Assembly (NCBI GenBank): GCA_031835245.2
Contig: JAVKOQ020000021.1
Span: 124,001 to 188,000, forward strand
DNA: 64,000 nucleotides
Direction of reading: 5' to 3'
Source: Balamuthia mandrillaris
Lineage: Eukaryota
Position 1 is the stretch's first letter. The number at the start of each line of letters is the position of its first letter. A program made the translations under genes and the position numbers. The notes beneath the pieces were generated by a model. That model was not told the DNA's origin. It saw only the letters and a list, made by a program, of their open reading frames with translations, and did no database searches. Shown piece after piece: positions 50,901 through 64,000 of this stretch.

Positions 50901-51721
50901 GTTTCTTCTTGTTGTTGTTGTTCCTCGTTTTGTTGTTGGAGACTTGAGGCTGTTTTCGGTTTCTTTGATGTATAAGGAGAAGAAGAAGAAGAAGAAGAAG
51001 AAGAAGAAGAAGAACAAGAAGAAGAAGAAGAAGAAGAAGAACAAGAAGCAGAAGCAGAAGAAGGAGGAGAAGGAAGAACGGAAGATGAAGAAGAATGTTG
51101 CGAGTCTGTCTCTAGGGTTTTTCGTTTCTTGAGAGAAGATAGAGAAGATAGAGAAGACGAAGAAGAAGAGGAAGAAGAGGAAGCAGAAGCAGAGGAAAAA
51201 GAAGAAGAAGAAGAAGACATTTGTTGCAGCGAATAGTAAGTGCTGGCATCCGCTTTCAACAGCGGCGTAAAGTCCTGCCGTTGGTCCACAATTCCCGCAG
51301 TCCTTTGCCCATCCGTTGTCGTCATCGAAGCAGAGGAAGAAGAACTTTCTTCGTCATTCTTTTCGTCTTCCTCCTCCGCTTCTTCATTCTCTTCTTCGTC
51401 TTTCTTTTCGTCTTCCTCGTCTGCTTCTTGCAATTTTTGTCGACATTCGAGCTGCCGTTGGAGCTCTTGCTGTTGTTGCTGTCTTCTTCTTCGCGTCAAG
51501 CTGGCGAGCAGCTTCTGTTGCCGCTCCACTGCGGCGGCCAACCTGTTGTTGTGGTCGAGGCGGAAACGGAGCTGCTCGGGCGGAACGCAGACCTGGTCGT
51601 TGAAGTGGTAGAAGTTGTCCCGGCAGAGCTCGTGGAACCTGGAGCATGGCGGAGGCTCCCTGTACCACACGAACATCTTGCCTTGGTTGCCGTTCTCGTC
51701 GGAGGCATCGAAGAAAGCCAT
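47901..51721 (-). CDS. Family A DNA polymerase, Pol nu/theta-like polymerase domain without helicase
   Basis: DPKIAAWLLDP, HPLPSIILEHR, ATGRLSSADPNLQNLP, motif A ADYSQLEMRILAH, motif B REVTKKICYGIIYG, AERQCLNTLIQGTASDIVK, motif C QVHDEL. Confidence 0.88.
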
Positions 51722-52184
51722 TTCTTGTTGTTTGTTTGCTGTTTCCTTCTCTCTTCTGCCTCTCTGTTTATATTTTTTGAATTTTTTCCAAGAAAAATTT
51801 GAAAAAGTATAGTATAAGGAGCACAATAGCTGCAACCCAGTTGCAGGACGAATCAACACTGCGTTGAATTTGTCGACAGCAGTTAAATTGTCGACATACC
51901 AGAAATCCAGCCGAAAATAATCATGGTTTAGATACGATAATCGGACTGTTGTTCCCCAAAACAGGTAAAAACAAGCGAAATATCGATTCGAAAACGCAAT
52001 AAAATCTGCAACGAATCGATATTTGAGGGTTCCATCTGTCCACCCCCACGCAAAAATGGTAAAAACAAACGAAATTTAGGTTTAAAAAAAAGAAAGTCGA
52101 AAAAAAAAGAATAAAGCACAAAATTTTTTTTCATATTTAAACAAATTCTTTTTTTTTTATTTATTTTTTTTGGCTTTAGGTTGC

Positions 52185-54960
<2,776 letters not shown>

Positions 54961-55013
54961 AAAGGCCGAGAAGAAAGGAATAAATAAATAGTTCGTTTTT
55001 TTTTTTTTTTTTC

Positions 55014-57499
55014 CTATGCGATGCTTCTTCTCTTCTTTTTCTTTTTCTTCTTCATCTTCTTTTCGACAGTTTCGTTCTTCTTTTCTGCTTCATCTTGTTG
55101 GTTCTTCTGGTCACGTAGGACAGGCATTGACTGTTGACGAAGCAACTTTTTGGAGAGTTGTTGTTCTGTTGAATTGTCTTTGCTCTTCTTTTTCTTTTTC
55201 TTCTTTTTGGGAGTTGAAGCTTCAGGTGGGTCGTTGGTGAGAAGTGGCGCTGGAAGACTTTTTCTTCGACCTTTTGCCTTCTTTTTCGTCTTTTTCTTCT
55301 GTTCCACTTCTTTCTCCTCCGTCTTATTCTCCTTCTTTTCCTTCTCCTTCTCCTTCTCCGTCTTCTCCTTTTCCTTCTTCTTCTTCTTCTTCTTCTCCTT
55401 TTTCACCTCCTTCGCTTCCTCTTTCTCCATTTCTTTCGTCTTCTCCTCTGGTTGGGTCTTTCTTCTTTTCTTCTTTCTCTTTTTCTGTGTTTCTTCTTTC
55501 TGCTCAATAGCATGTCTGCCCGCATCATGAATCTGTTCAGCTTCTTCTTCTTCCATTTCTCTCCGTTTTCGTTTCTTGCCTTGTTCTTGCTTTTGCGGGA
55601 GTGTTGCCTCATCTGCCTTTTTGTCATCAGGCATTGATTTCGGCTGCCTTGGTGTCCTTTGTGCTTCTCCTTCCTCTTCGTTCAAGTCATTCTTCGTGTT
55701 CTCTTCTTCCTGCTTCTTTTGCTTCTTCTTCTTCTTCTTCTTCTTCTTCTTCTTCTTCTTCTTTTTCTTCTTTGGTATTTGTTGTTCTTCCCCTTCCTCT
55801 TTCAAATCTTTCTTAGTGTTCTCTTCTTCCTGCTGGTTTGCGTCTGCTTTATTTTCTTTTGCTTCTGTCTCTATTTCGTTGGTGGCTACTTCCACGTTCA
55901 TCTTCTTTTTTTTCTTTTTCTGCTTTCTTTTCTTTGGTCTTTCAGTACCAGTTGCGGATGTCGTTGAGATGATTTCCTGTGTCGCAGCTTTCCTATCTTT
56001 CTTTCTCTTCTTATCGTTCTGTTTATTTTCTATTTGTTCTTGCGTTCCTTCTTTGTTTTGTTCTGTCACATGGTTCACTCCTTCATCCTTTTGTTTGGTC
56101 GGTGCAGTCGCTTCTTTTGTCTTCACTTGTTTCTCGCCTTCCTCCTCTTCTTCGTCTGATTCCTTCTCTGATTCTTCTTCCTCTTCTTCGATTTCTCTTT
56201 GCCTTTCTTGAGTTCTAACTCCATTTGTCGCATCTTTCGCTGCAAGAGAAGAAGCAGAAGACGAAACCGAATAAGGAGAAGGAACTGAAGGAGTTGCAGC
56301 AGGAAGTATTGCTGAATAAGATGATGATGATGACGATGATGCTAAGGAACTTGATGAAGAATTCAAACTCGCTGTAATGCAAACCAGTTGATCAACAGTC
56401 CATCCAGGAAAAGCAAAAGGATCATGAGCAGGGCCATATCGTTGATTCAGCTCCATGAGACGCTCAGTGTAATCCTCTATGAGTCCACTGCCTTTCAATC
56501 CTCGCAAAAGCCAATAAAACAGTTCTCTTTTCTCATTTTCATACTCAGTTCTTGATCGTTCTTCGTTCATAATGTTGTTATTGTTGGGTTTTGCTTTTGT
56601 TGGGGTTGCTGTTGGTGTTATAAGGTTTATGGTTTCTTTGTTTGTGTTGTTATTGTTTGTTGTTGAAATAATGACCACTTCATCGTCTGAACTGCTGTCT
56701 TCGTCCGACGATGGCGAGAGAGAAGAAGACGCAGAAACAGAAGAAGATGAAGGAGAAGAATTAGTGATAATCTTGTCTTTGCCTTTGTCTCTTGACTGCT
56801 TAGGCGATGAAGAAGAAAGTGGGTTCTTAGTCCTCTTCGCTGCTTCTTCTTTATTCTTATCTTCATCATCGCTGAAAAGTGGTGAAGGAGGTGAACCGAG
56901 TTGACGTTCAGAGTTTTGTCTTAGCCTTCTTCTTCGTTGTTGTTGCTTCGTTTCCCTTACTCTCTTTGCTTGATGTCCTTTCGTGTTTTCTAAAACAGAT
57001 GAATCATCGTCCGAATATAAAATAGGTTCATTGTCGCTCACAATGAACTCATCTAAACTGTTCTCTTCTTCTTCGTCTTCTTCAGCGCTACCTCTTTTCT
57101 TCTCTTTCTTTCGCTTATTGTTTTTGTTTTTGTGTGTGGAGAGAGTGGAGGTCCAATCTTCATCTTCTGATGATCCTTCAGATAAGCTATAATCTGTCGC
57201 ACAGAAAACAAATACTTGAGAACAACAACAAAGAAGACAGAAGAAAGAAGAAAGACATAAGGCCGAAACAAACCATCTTCGCTACATAGACTGACAGCGT
57301 CCAAGTCATCCAGCAAGTCTTGGTCGTACTCACGATCTTCTTCGGCAGCCCTTTCTTCCTCGGCCAACGCCTCCTCTTCAGATACTTCCTCTGCCTCAAA
57401 ATCCTCTCTCAATGCTGCCAACTCTCTCAGCCTTTCCAGCCTGTGATTTGTAGATTTTAAGTGCAACGGAATACGAGAGGTCAAGAGGGAGAAGCAAGA

Positions 57500-57534
<35 letters not shown>

Positions 57535-58314
57535 ATACGTGGCAGCAAAATTGGGGATGAGCAAATGCAAGTCATCAGTAACAAGGTCAGGGTCATCTTG
57601 ATGGTCGGCGAGGAAGCTCTCTAACTCTTCCTCCGTGTAATGTGGCCTCTGTATGGCGTCTGGGATAGGAATTCGTGTTGGTTCCTCTGCTCCTCCTTCA
57701 CTCTGTTTGTTCCATTGTTACAAGAGAAGAGTGCGAGAGAGCAGAGAGCAGAGAGCGAAAGAGCAGAGAGCGAGAGAGCAGAGAAAACAAAGTACCGAGC
57801 GAGAGGCCAAGGAGGAGAACCGTCGCTTGCAGACCGGACAAGAGTTGGTGATCTTACTCCATTCAAACAAACACGTAAAACTTTAAAGAAGAGAATCAAA
57901 AAAAAACAAAGTAGGAGCTGGTGAGTGATTGAGAAAAGAGAACATAAAAGTCGTCTTTAAAAAAAAAAAAAAACAACACAAACCAAAACGGATGATCACA
58001 AACGCCATTATCAGCAAATGAAGTTATCTATTATTGATGTGATCACAAAGGAGAGAGTAGAATATAAAGAGGAAGGAGCTGATTGAGTTTTTTTTTTAAA
58101 AAAAAAACAAAAGGAACACTCCGAGCGGACAACGTACGGTGCCAAGACAAATGCCGCATTTGTTGTCCGCTGCTGCTGCAGGAGCAACGTGGCTATCGTT
58201 TGGCGGTGGCCGCGATTGCTGTGGTCGCTGCCGTTTTTCCCTGGCGGTGACGGGGCTGCTACTCGTTCTCCGCGCTTCCTCCCTCCTCTTCTTCTTCGCG
58301 CTTCTTGTCTCCAT
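55014..58314 (-). CDS. C3HC4 RING-finger protein with very long Lys/Glu-rich low-complexity C-terminus
   Basis: Splicing three short exons gives CGICLGT|ITSFADNGVCDHPFC|FTCLFEWSKITNSCPVCKRRF. Downstream acidic exons appear to join the 675-aa ORF; that linkage is inferred. Confidence 0.7.
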
Positions 58315-58517
58315 ATATTTTTTTTTTGGTTTTCTTTTTTTTTTCTATTTTTTTTTAATAATTTTTTTTTGGCGGGTAAACGCTGCTCACCCGGTGGACA
58401 GTTTGACCTGCACGAATATATCATTCTTTGCGTGTTTATCATTCTCTACATTTTTCAAATGTTTTTGCATATTTGGAATTTCTTGCATTCCAGAAGCAGC
58501 AGGTAGGGCTCTCCAAG

Positions 58518-59564
58518 ATGCGCCGCTCCTCCGCGCTCTCTCTGGGGAGCAGGCCTCCTCTCGCCGCCACCTTTCGTTCTTCTTGTTCTTCTTCTTCTTC
58601 TTCTTCTTCTTCTTCTTTTGCTTTCCTGTGCGCCTCCAAACGTTTCTACGCGGTGCTCAAGCCAAGGGGCCTCCTGGGGGCTCCTCACAAGAAGGCTCTG
58701 ATATTCGACGCCAACGGCGTTCTCTACACCCGCAAGCGCTCAAGACAGCAAGCCCTCCTCCATGCCACCCGCAACGAGAGCATTGCCCTCAACCCTCCTT
58801 CCACCCCCGAGCAAATAGAGCATCGCACCAAGACCATGGCCGACCTCAGAGAAAAGGCCTTTCGGGGGTTGGTCCCCATCGAGGCCTATTACGACGCCAT
58901 CCTGTTGGCCGCAGGGTTTCCCATCGACAGGGATGAGCAGGTCAGAGTCCGTGGCCATGCCATACTGCGGGAGGTCGATGCTGACGTGGAGCTGCGGCCC
59001 TTTGTGGCGGAGACCCTCCATGAGCTGCGATGCAGCACCGACATCAAGCTTGCCGTGCTCACCGGTTTCGTTTTTTTTTTTCTTTCTTCTCTTTCTTCTC
59101 CTTCCAAAGACCCTAACCAGCTCGTTCCTCCCTATCTAGACTCAGCAGCCACGACAGAGACCAAGAAACGATGGCTGGCGCATAAGCTGAGCCAGCACCA
59201 CCCCAGCCTGCCCTTCTTCCTCGACCAAGAAAAGACCATCACCCAGCTCTGGCACGCCTTTGTCAACAGCGCGCACCTGGGGACGCGAAAGCCCGACCCG
59301 CGCATGTACGAGGTCGTCCTGGAGGAACTGCAGCTCGCGGCGGAGGAGGTGGCCTTCGTGGGCCACCGGAGGGACGAGCTGGAGGGGGCGTTGCGCCTCA
59401 AGGTGGACACCATCGTGTACAACCCGGACCCGGACGTTACGCCGGAGCTGGCCACTTGGTCCATCGAGAGGTTTGATCAGCTGTTGGAGCTGTCTTGCGT
59501 GAAGGAGAGCAAGGGGAGAGGAAGAAGAGGAACCACAACAGACAAAGAGAAAGGAAAAGTGTGA
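58518..59564 (+). CDS. HAD-superfamily hydrolase with probable mitochondrial targeting peptide
   Basis: Arg/Ser-rich leader; LIFDANGVLY, LAVLT|DS, KPDPRMY, AFVGH...ELEGA. Confidence 0.8.
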   Translation: MRRSSALSLGSRPPLAATFRSSCSSSSSSSSSSFAFLCASKRFYAVLKPRGLLGAPHKKALIFDANGVLYTRKRSRQQALLHATRNESIALNPPSTPEQIEHRTKTMADLREKAFRGLVPIEAYYDAILLAAGFPIDRDEQVRVRGHAILREVDADVELRPFVAETLHELRCSTDIKLAVLTGFVFFFLSSLSSPSKDPNQLVPPYLDSAATTETKKRWLAHKLSQHHPSLPFFLDQEKTITQLWHAFVNSAHLGTRKPDPRMYEVVLEELQLAAEEVAFVGHRRDELEGALRLKVDTIVYNPDPDVTPELATWSIERFDQLLELSCVKESKGRGRRGTTTDKEKGKV

Positions 59565-59565
59565 A

Positions 59566-59608
<43 letters not shown>

Positions 59609-59695
59609 CGAAGTGTAAATAGCGTTAAAACAAAAAAAAAATACTATTGGGAAAAAAACAAAGATGAGGATTTGGTGTTTTGCTGGGTTATTGTT

Positions 59696-59894
59696 TTAGA
59701 GACCTCCACGGAGGGCCAACACCAAGTGCAACACTGCACCGGCCTCGATTTTGTAGCTCTCAACAGTTCTCTCGTCAGCCCTAAGGTTGTTTAAAAAGGA
59801 GAGAGAGAAGCGGGTTAGTTACAAAATAAAAAAAGACCCTCACTGTATGATTGCAGGAGTGATGGTGACGAGACAAAGACATACAAAAGAGAAT

Positions 59895-59937
<43 letters not shown>

Positions 59938-60211
59938 GAGGAAACGTACATGGCCTTGCCGCCAAAAATAAGTCGTTGCTGCTTGGGAGGGATACCGGCC
60001 TTCTCTTCCACGGCCTCTTTCACCTTTTGAATGGTGTCCTCCTTGTTGACATCAATGTCGATGATGTTTCCAGTCAAGTTCTAAGCAAAACAAAAACAAA
60101 AACAAAAAAAGGGATTGGGATGTGAGCGACGTGCACAAAATGGCCCAACATAATAAAATCAAAATAAATCATCGGGGACAAAAAAAAAAGAAAGGAAAAA
60201 AAAAACGGATC

Positions 60212-60249
<38 letters not shown>

Positions 60250-60274
60250 AAGAGACCTTCACTTTAACCAACAT
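59696..60274 (-). CDS. NEDD8: Ubiquitin-like protein NEDD8/Rub1 (3 exons)
   Basis: MLVKVK|xLTGNIIDIDVNKEDTIQKVKEAVEEKAGIPPKQQRLIFGGKAM|ADERTVESYKIEAGAVLHLVLALRGGL*. The ALRGG end is diagnostic. Confidence 0.88.
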
Positions 60275-60552
60275 GGTGTGTTTTGAGTTTACGATGTGTG
60301 TGTGTGTGCGATGTTTTAGTTTGTCCAACCAGAAAAAAAAATTCACAGACAAAAAAATTTTTTTTTTGTTTTTTCATTTCACTTTTTTTTTTCTTTGCTT
60401 CGCGGAACCAAATGTGGTTTTTCTGTGCACTAAAACTGCACGATTGGACCACAAAAGCTTCACGTCATACAAAATTTTTGATTTCTCATTCGTTTCAGAT
60501 CAAGATCATTTCTAAGATGATAGAGAGAGAGAGAGAGAGTCCACCGTTCAGG

Positions 60553-61413
60553 ATGGCAAGCCCGGCTGCTTCCTCTTTGCCGCTGGAGCTGGTGGTCCAC
60601 ATCTTCCACTGCTTGGACCGCTACCACGATCACGTTCGGGCCTCCGCGGTCTGCCGGGACTGGCAAAGGGCCGCCAGCGATGACTCCCTCTTTCGCCGTT
60701 GGTGCTATCGGCTGCGCGCCCAAGAGCTCGAAAGCGAACGGGGCTATCGCAGCGGCTCTTCCATAGCCCAACGCCTCGAGGCTGCTCTTCAGCAACTGCG
60801 CTTCGAGCAGGAGCTCCTTTTGGAGGAGGCCTCCGGTGCCAACAAAAACAACAGCAATCCTCCTTGCTTCTCGGGTTGGCATGGAGTCTTCGCCTCCATT
60901 CGCCGCTACTGCCAGCGCTGCGAAAAGACCTTCACTCTCGAAGAGAACGCTCGTATAGCGTCCTCTGGTGCCGACCTCACACAAGCGAAGCTAACAAAAA
61001 GGGCTGGACAACAACCCTGCTGCGAATACCACCCTTGTCCTTACTACCGGGAGCACAAGATGGTGGCGTGGGATGGCGGAGGTGATTCCTGGGACGTCCG
61101 CGGGTGGATGTGTTGCCAGGCAGAGTCTCCCAAGGCCAGAGGTTGCCAACGAGGTTTGCATTCGGAGAGAAAGCATCGGGAGGCCATCGATTGGGTGACG
61201 ATTGACTGGCATGCCTTTCATCACGACCGTACTATATGCCTTGTTGAAGAGGCAGAAGAAGAAAGAAGGAGAGAAGCAGAAGAGGAAAGAGAAGGAGAAA
61301 ACGACGGAGTGGACTTGAGAACGTGTGAAGAATGTCACTTCTCGCCATGCTTGTGTGAGGACGACGATTGGGTCTTCGAAATGGATGAAAACAGTTTAAC
61401 AAAGACGTTGTGA
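60553..61413 (+). CDS. F-box protein with Cys/His zinc-binding C-terminal motif, intronless
   Basis: SLPLELVVHIFHCL...ASAVCRDWQRAASDDSLFRRWC; CQRC...CEYHP...WMCC...GCQRGLH. Confidence 0.82.
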   Translation: MASPAASSLPLELVVHIFHCLDRYHDHVRASAVCRDWQRAASDDSLFRRWCYRLRAQELESERGYRSGSSIAQRLEAALQQLRFEQELLLEEASGANKNNSNPPCFSGWHGVFASIRRYCQRCEKTFTLEENARIASSGADLTQAKLTKRAGQQPCCEYHPCPYYREHKMVAWDGGGDSWDVRGWMCCQAESPKARGCQRGLHSERKHREAIDWVTIDWHAFHHDRTICLVEEAEEERRREAEEEREGENDGVDLRTCEECHFSPCLCEDDDWVFEMDENSLTKTL

Positions 61414-61787
61414 ATACTACACCAAAGCACTCCATCAACATATGAGCAGAAAGAGCGGGCTTTTGCATGCCCTCTTAGCGAGCTACCTCCACCGCGCCTT
61501 GTTTCTTCTGCCCAGTGTCAGTGTCACCTCTCTCTTCCTCTCTCTCGCCTCTTGTTCCCAAAAAGAACCGGCCCCTTGAACTTGCTACCGCAAAACGTCA
61601 CAGGGACCCGCTGTGCCTTTGTTACGCCAACCCTTTCCCATGGGCGACAGCATGCCCGGCGGGGTTTGGTGGTTTTGCTGTTGGAGCCTGTCCTATAGTG
61701 GAGTGTATGTAATGCATTACACACAAACCGTGACGTCGTGACGGTAATGCCAATCGGGGAGAGAGATAAAGAACATTGAAAGAAAGA

Positions 61788-62693
61788 ATGGAAGAGCTGC
61801 CGGTTGAGGTTTTGGGTATGATCTTTGGGTTTGTGCCCACGAAGCAGCTGTATCCGACGTGCTTCGTGCTGTCCTCCACCTGTTTGCAGGCGGTGCGGGA
61901 TGAGGCTGCATGGCGTGTCCGTTGCGAGCAGGACCTCGGCGTGGGACAGCTTCCTGAGGGCAAGTCCTCCTGGTTTTACCACTATCGAGGTTTGCTACCT
62001 AGTTCTTGTCCTTACCCTTCATCTATTATTCTTGTTCTTGTTATTCTTCCTTTTCTTTGTCTTCTGCTTGTTGTTGTTGTTGTTGTTGTTGTTGTTCTTC
62101 TTCTTCTTCTTCTTCTTCTTCTTCTTCTTCTTCTTCTTCTTCTTCTTCTTCTTCTTCTTCTTCTTCTTCTTTTCCTCTCCTGCTCTGCTCCGGTTCGGTT
62201 GACAAGTCTCCTCCTCAGACTCTCTGTTAATGTGGGACAGCTCGCAACTGAAAAAGACCGCTCAGTCCTTCTCCTGGATCCGGAACAGCAGCATCACCTT
62301 TCCCACCGCTGACTTGGTCGTCTGGCCAGACTCCTTGCAGTAAACCCCCTCTTGCTCTCTCACCTCTGTTGTATGTTGACTCCCCACAAACAACGACACA
62401 GGAAACCAGGATACTTCACCGTCCGGAGCAAACAAAGCTTCCGCTCGGGCGTGGTGGCCCTGGAGTTCATCATAGAACAGTGCAACACGTACACATGGAG
62501 CGTTGGCTTTGTGGATGATAACTTTGATGTTTGCAGGCGGCAGTTCATAGAGCCATTCCGTGATGTCTGCTACGCTTGGTGCAATAAGGCAAGGGCTTCA
62601 CACAGTGGTAGGTGAACACCTTTCTTTCTCTTTCTTGTCGTTTCTTGCCGTTTCTTGTAGTTTCTTTCTTGTCGTTTCTTTCTTGTCGTTTCT

Positions 62694-62773
<80 letters not shown>

Positions 62774-63151
62774 GTCGTTTCTTCTTTCTTTCTTTCTTTC
62801 TTGTCGTTTCTTCTTTCTTTCTTTCTTTCTTGTCGTTTCTTCTTTCTTTCTTTCTCTTCGTTCCTCTCTTTAACGTTGCTGAACCACCTAGTGACCGGCA
62901 ACTTTACCGACTTTTCTCAGCGACGCAACGTGCTGCACGGATGGAAGGCAGGGGACGTATTGGGGGCTCTGGTGGACTTTGACAAGCGGGAGATCCAATA
63001 CTTCCACAACACCCGATGGAACGAGACCGTGAAGCTTCACGCGGAGTCCAAGAGGTTGTGGGCCATGGCCAACATGTACAACCCGGGCAACGCCGTGAGG
63101 ATACGCATCAAGTCCATGAGCTCCAGACCTCCTGAGTGGGAGTTGCGTTGA
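61788..63151 (+). CDS. F-box + SPRY/B30.2-like domain protein
   Basis: MEELPVEVLGMIFGFV...WRVRC; VRSKQSFRSG...EFII, WSVGFV, WKAGDVLGALVDFDKREIQYFHN. Confidence 0.8.
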
Positions 63152-63408
63152 GACCACCACCGCGCTGCTTCCTTGCAGGGCACTTGCGGGGTGAGGGAGA
63201 AAGATCCAGAAAATGGGCCAAGTCAAAAAAAAGAGTGGTTTCTTCTTTTTATGACTGTAAACAAAGAGAGAGGGAGAGAGAAGAGAGAAGAGAGAAGAGA
63301 GAAGAAGAAGAAGAAGAAGAAGAACAAGAAGAAGAAGAAGAAGAACAAGAACAAGAAGAAGAAGAACAAGAAGCTTCTTTCTCCTCACTCATGAGACTGG
63401 TCGTCTTT

Positions 63409-64000
63409 TCACATCAACAACTTTTGTTGCCAGGTCAATTCATCCTTTGATCCTTTCTTGTTGTTGTTGCTGCTGCTGCTGCCATCACCAGAAGAGGAGG
63501 CAGTGCTGTTGGCTGCGCTGTTGTTTTGGCTCCTCTTCTTCCAGTGTTGCTTTCCTCTGTTGCCTCTACCTCCTCCTCCCCTCGCTACTCCTTGAGTTGT
63601 GGCGGTGACATCCTCTTGTTCCGTTTTGGATGAAGCAGCACCATCTCCTGCGTTACTGCCATTGTGTTGTCTTCTTCGACCTCCTCCAGCTGCTCCTCCT
63701 CTATTTCCTCCCTTTCTTCCTCCACGCACCTGTTGTGAAGAAGAAGTTGATGAAGAAGTTGCTGCCGCGCTGTCTTGTTGTGATGAAGAACCAGTGTTCA
63801 TGCCCAACAAGGCTTGCTGTTGCCAGTTCAAAGCAGGTGCTCCTCCTGTGGAAGCAACTCCATCTTGCTGCTGCTGAGCAGCAGCATAAAGTGCATGAGG
63901 AGGCATAGGAGGATAACCAAAAGGCGGCATGAACATTGGTGGAGCAGGGCCACCAGGAGCACCAGCTTGAGGGTAGAACATCGGTGGCATGAAGAGATGG
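63409..64000 (-). CDS. C-terminal Pro/Gly/Ser-rich part of a gene starting beyond the window
   Basis: Open frame running to the window edge with PPMF repeats and an RGG-like segment; no domain recognised. Confidence 0.5.
   Translation of the reverse strand, partial: HLFMPPMFYPQAGAPGGPAPPMFMPPFGYPPMPPHALYAAAQQQQDGVASTGGAPALNWQQQALLGMNTGSSSQQDSAAATSSSTSSSQQVRGGRKGGNRGGAAGGGRRRQHNGSNAGDGAASSKTEQEDVTATTQGVARGGGGRGNRGKQHWKKRSQNNSAANSTASSSGDGSSSSNNNKKGSKDELTWQQKLLM

Overview
This is gene-dense eukaryotic genomic DNA with many short spliceosomal introns filled with (CT)n/(CTT)n microsatellites. Gene content and style suggest a free-living amoebozoan; that is inference, not proven. About 22 protein genes are supported: two tandem Cys-rich/GPS-motif surface proteins, a beta-hydroxyacid dehydrogenase, three F-box proteins, an AIG1-type GTPase, Sla2/HIP1, MMACHC, a sAC/sGC-type cyclase-STAND protein, SAE1, a PhnN-like kinase, a stromal-processing-peptidase-like M16 protease, a CCCH-metallophosphoesterase, an AlkB-like dioxygenase, a secreted Cys-rich protein, a Gfo/Idh/MocA oxidoreductase, a family A DNA polymerase, a membrane-anchored GalE, a RING protein, a HAD hydrolase and NEDD8. 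A young Copia LTR retrotransposon (17339-21788) is nested inside the right TIR of a TTAA-flanked, Kolobok-like non-autonomous DNA element (15282-21923). The most novel-looking signal is a tandem pair of unannotated structured small-RNA genes (32660-32767 and 33116-33237, minus strand). They share a covarying tRNA-like fold, an identically spaced WCCCACAA upstream element and oligo-T terminators. Exon boundaries were read by eye, so gene spans are approximate.
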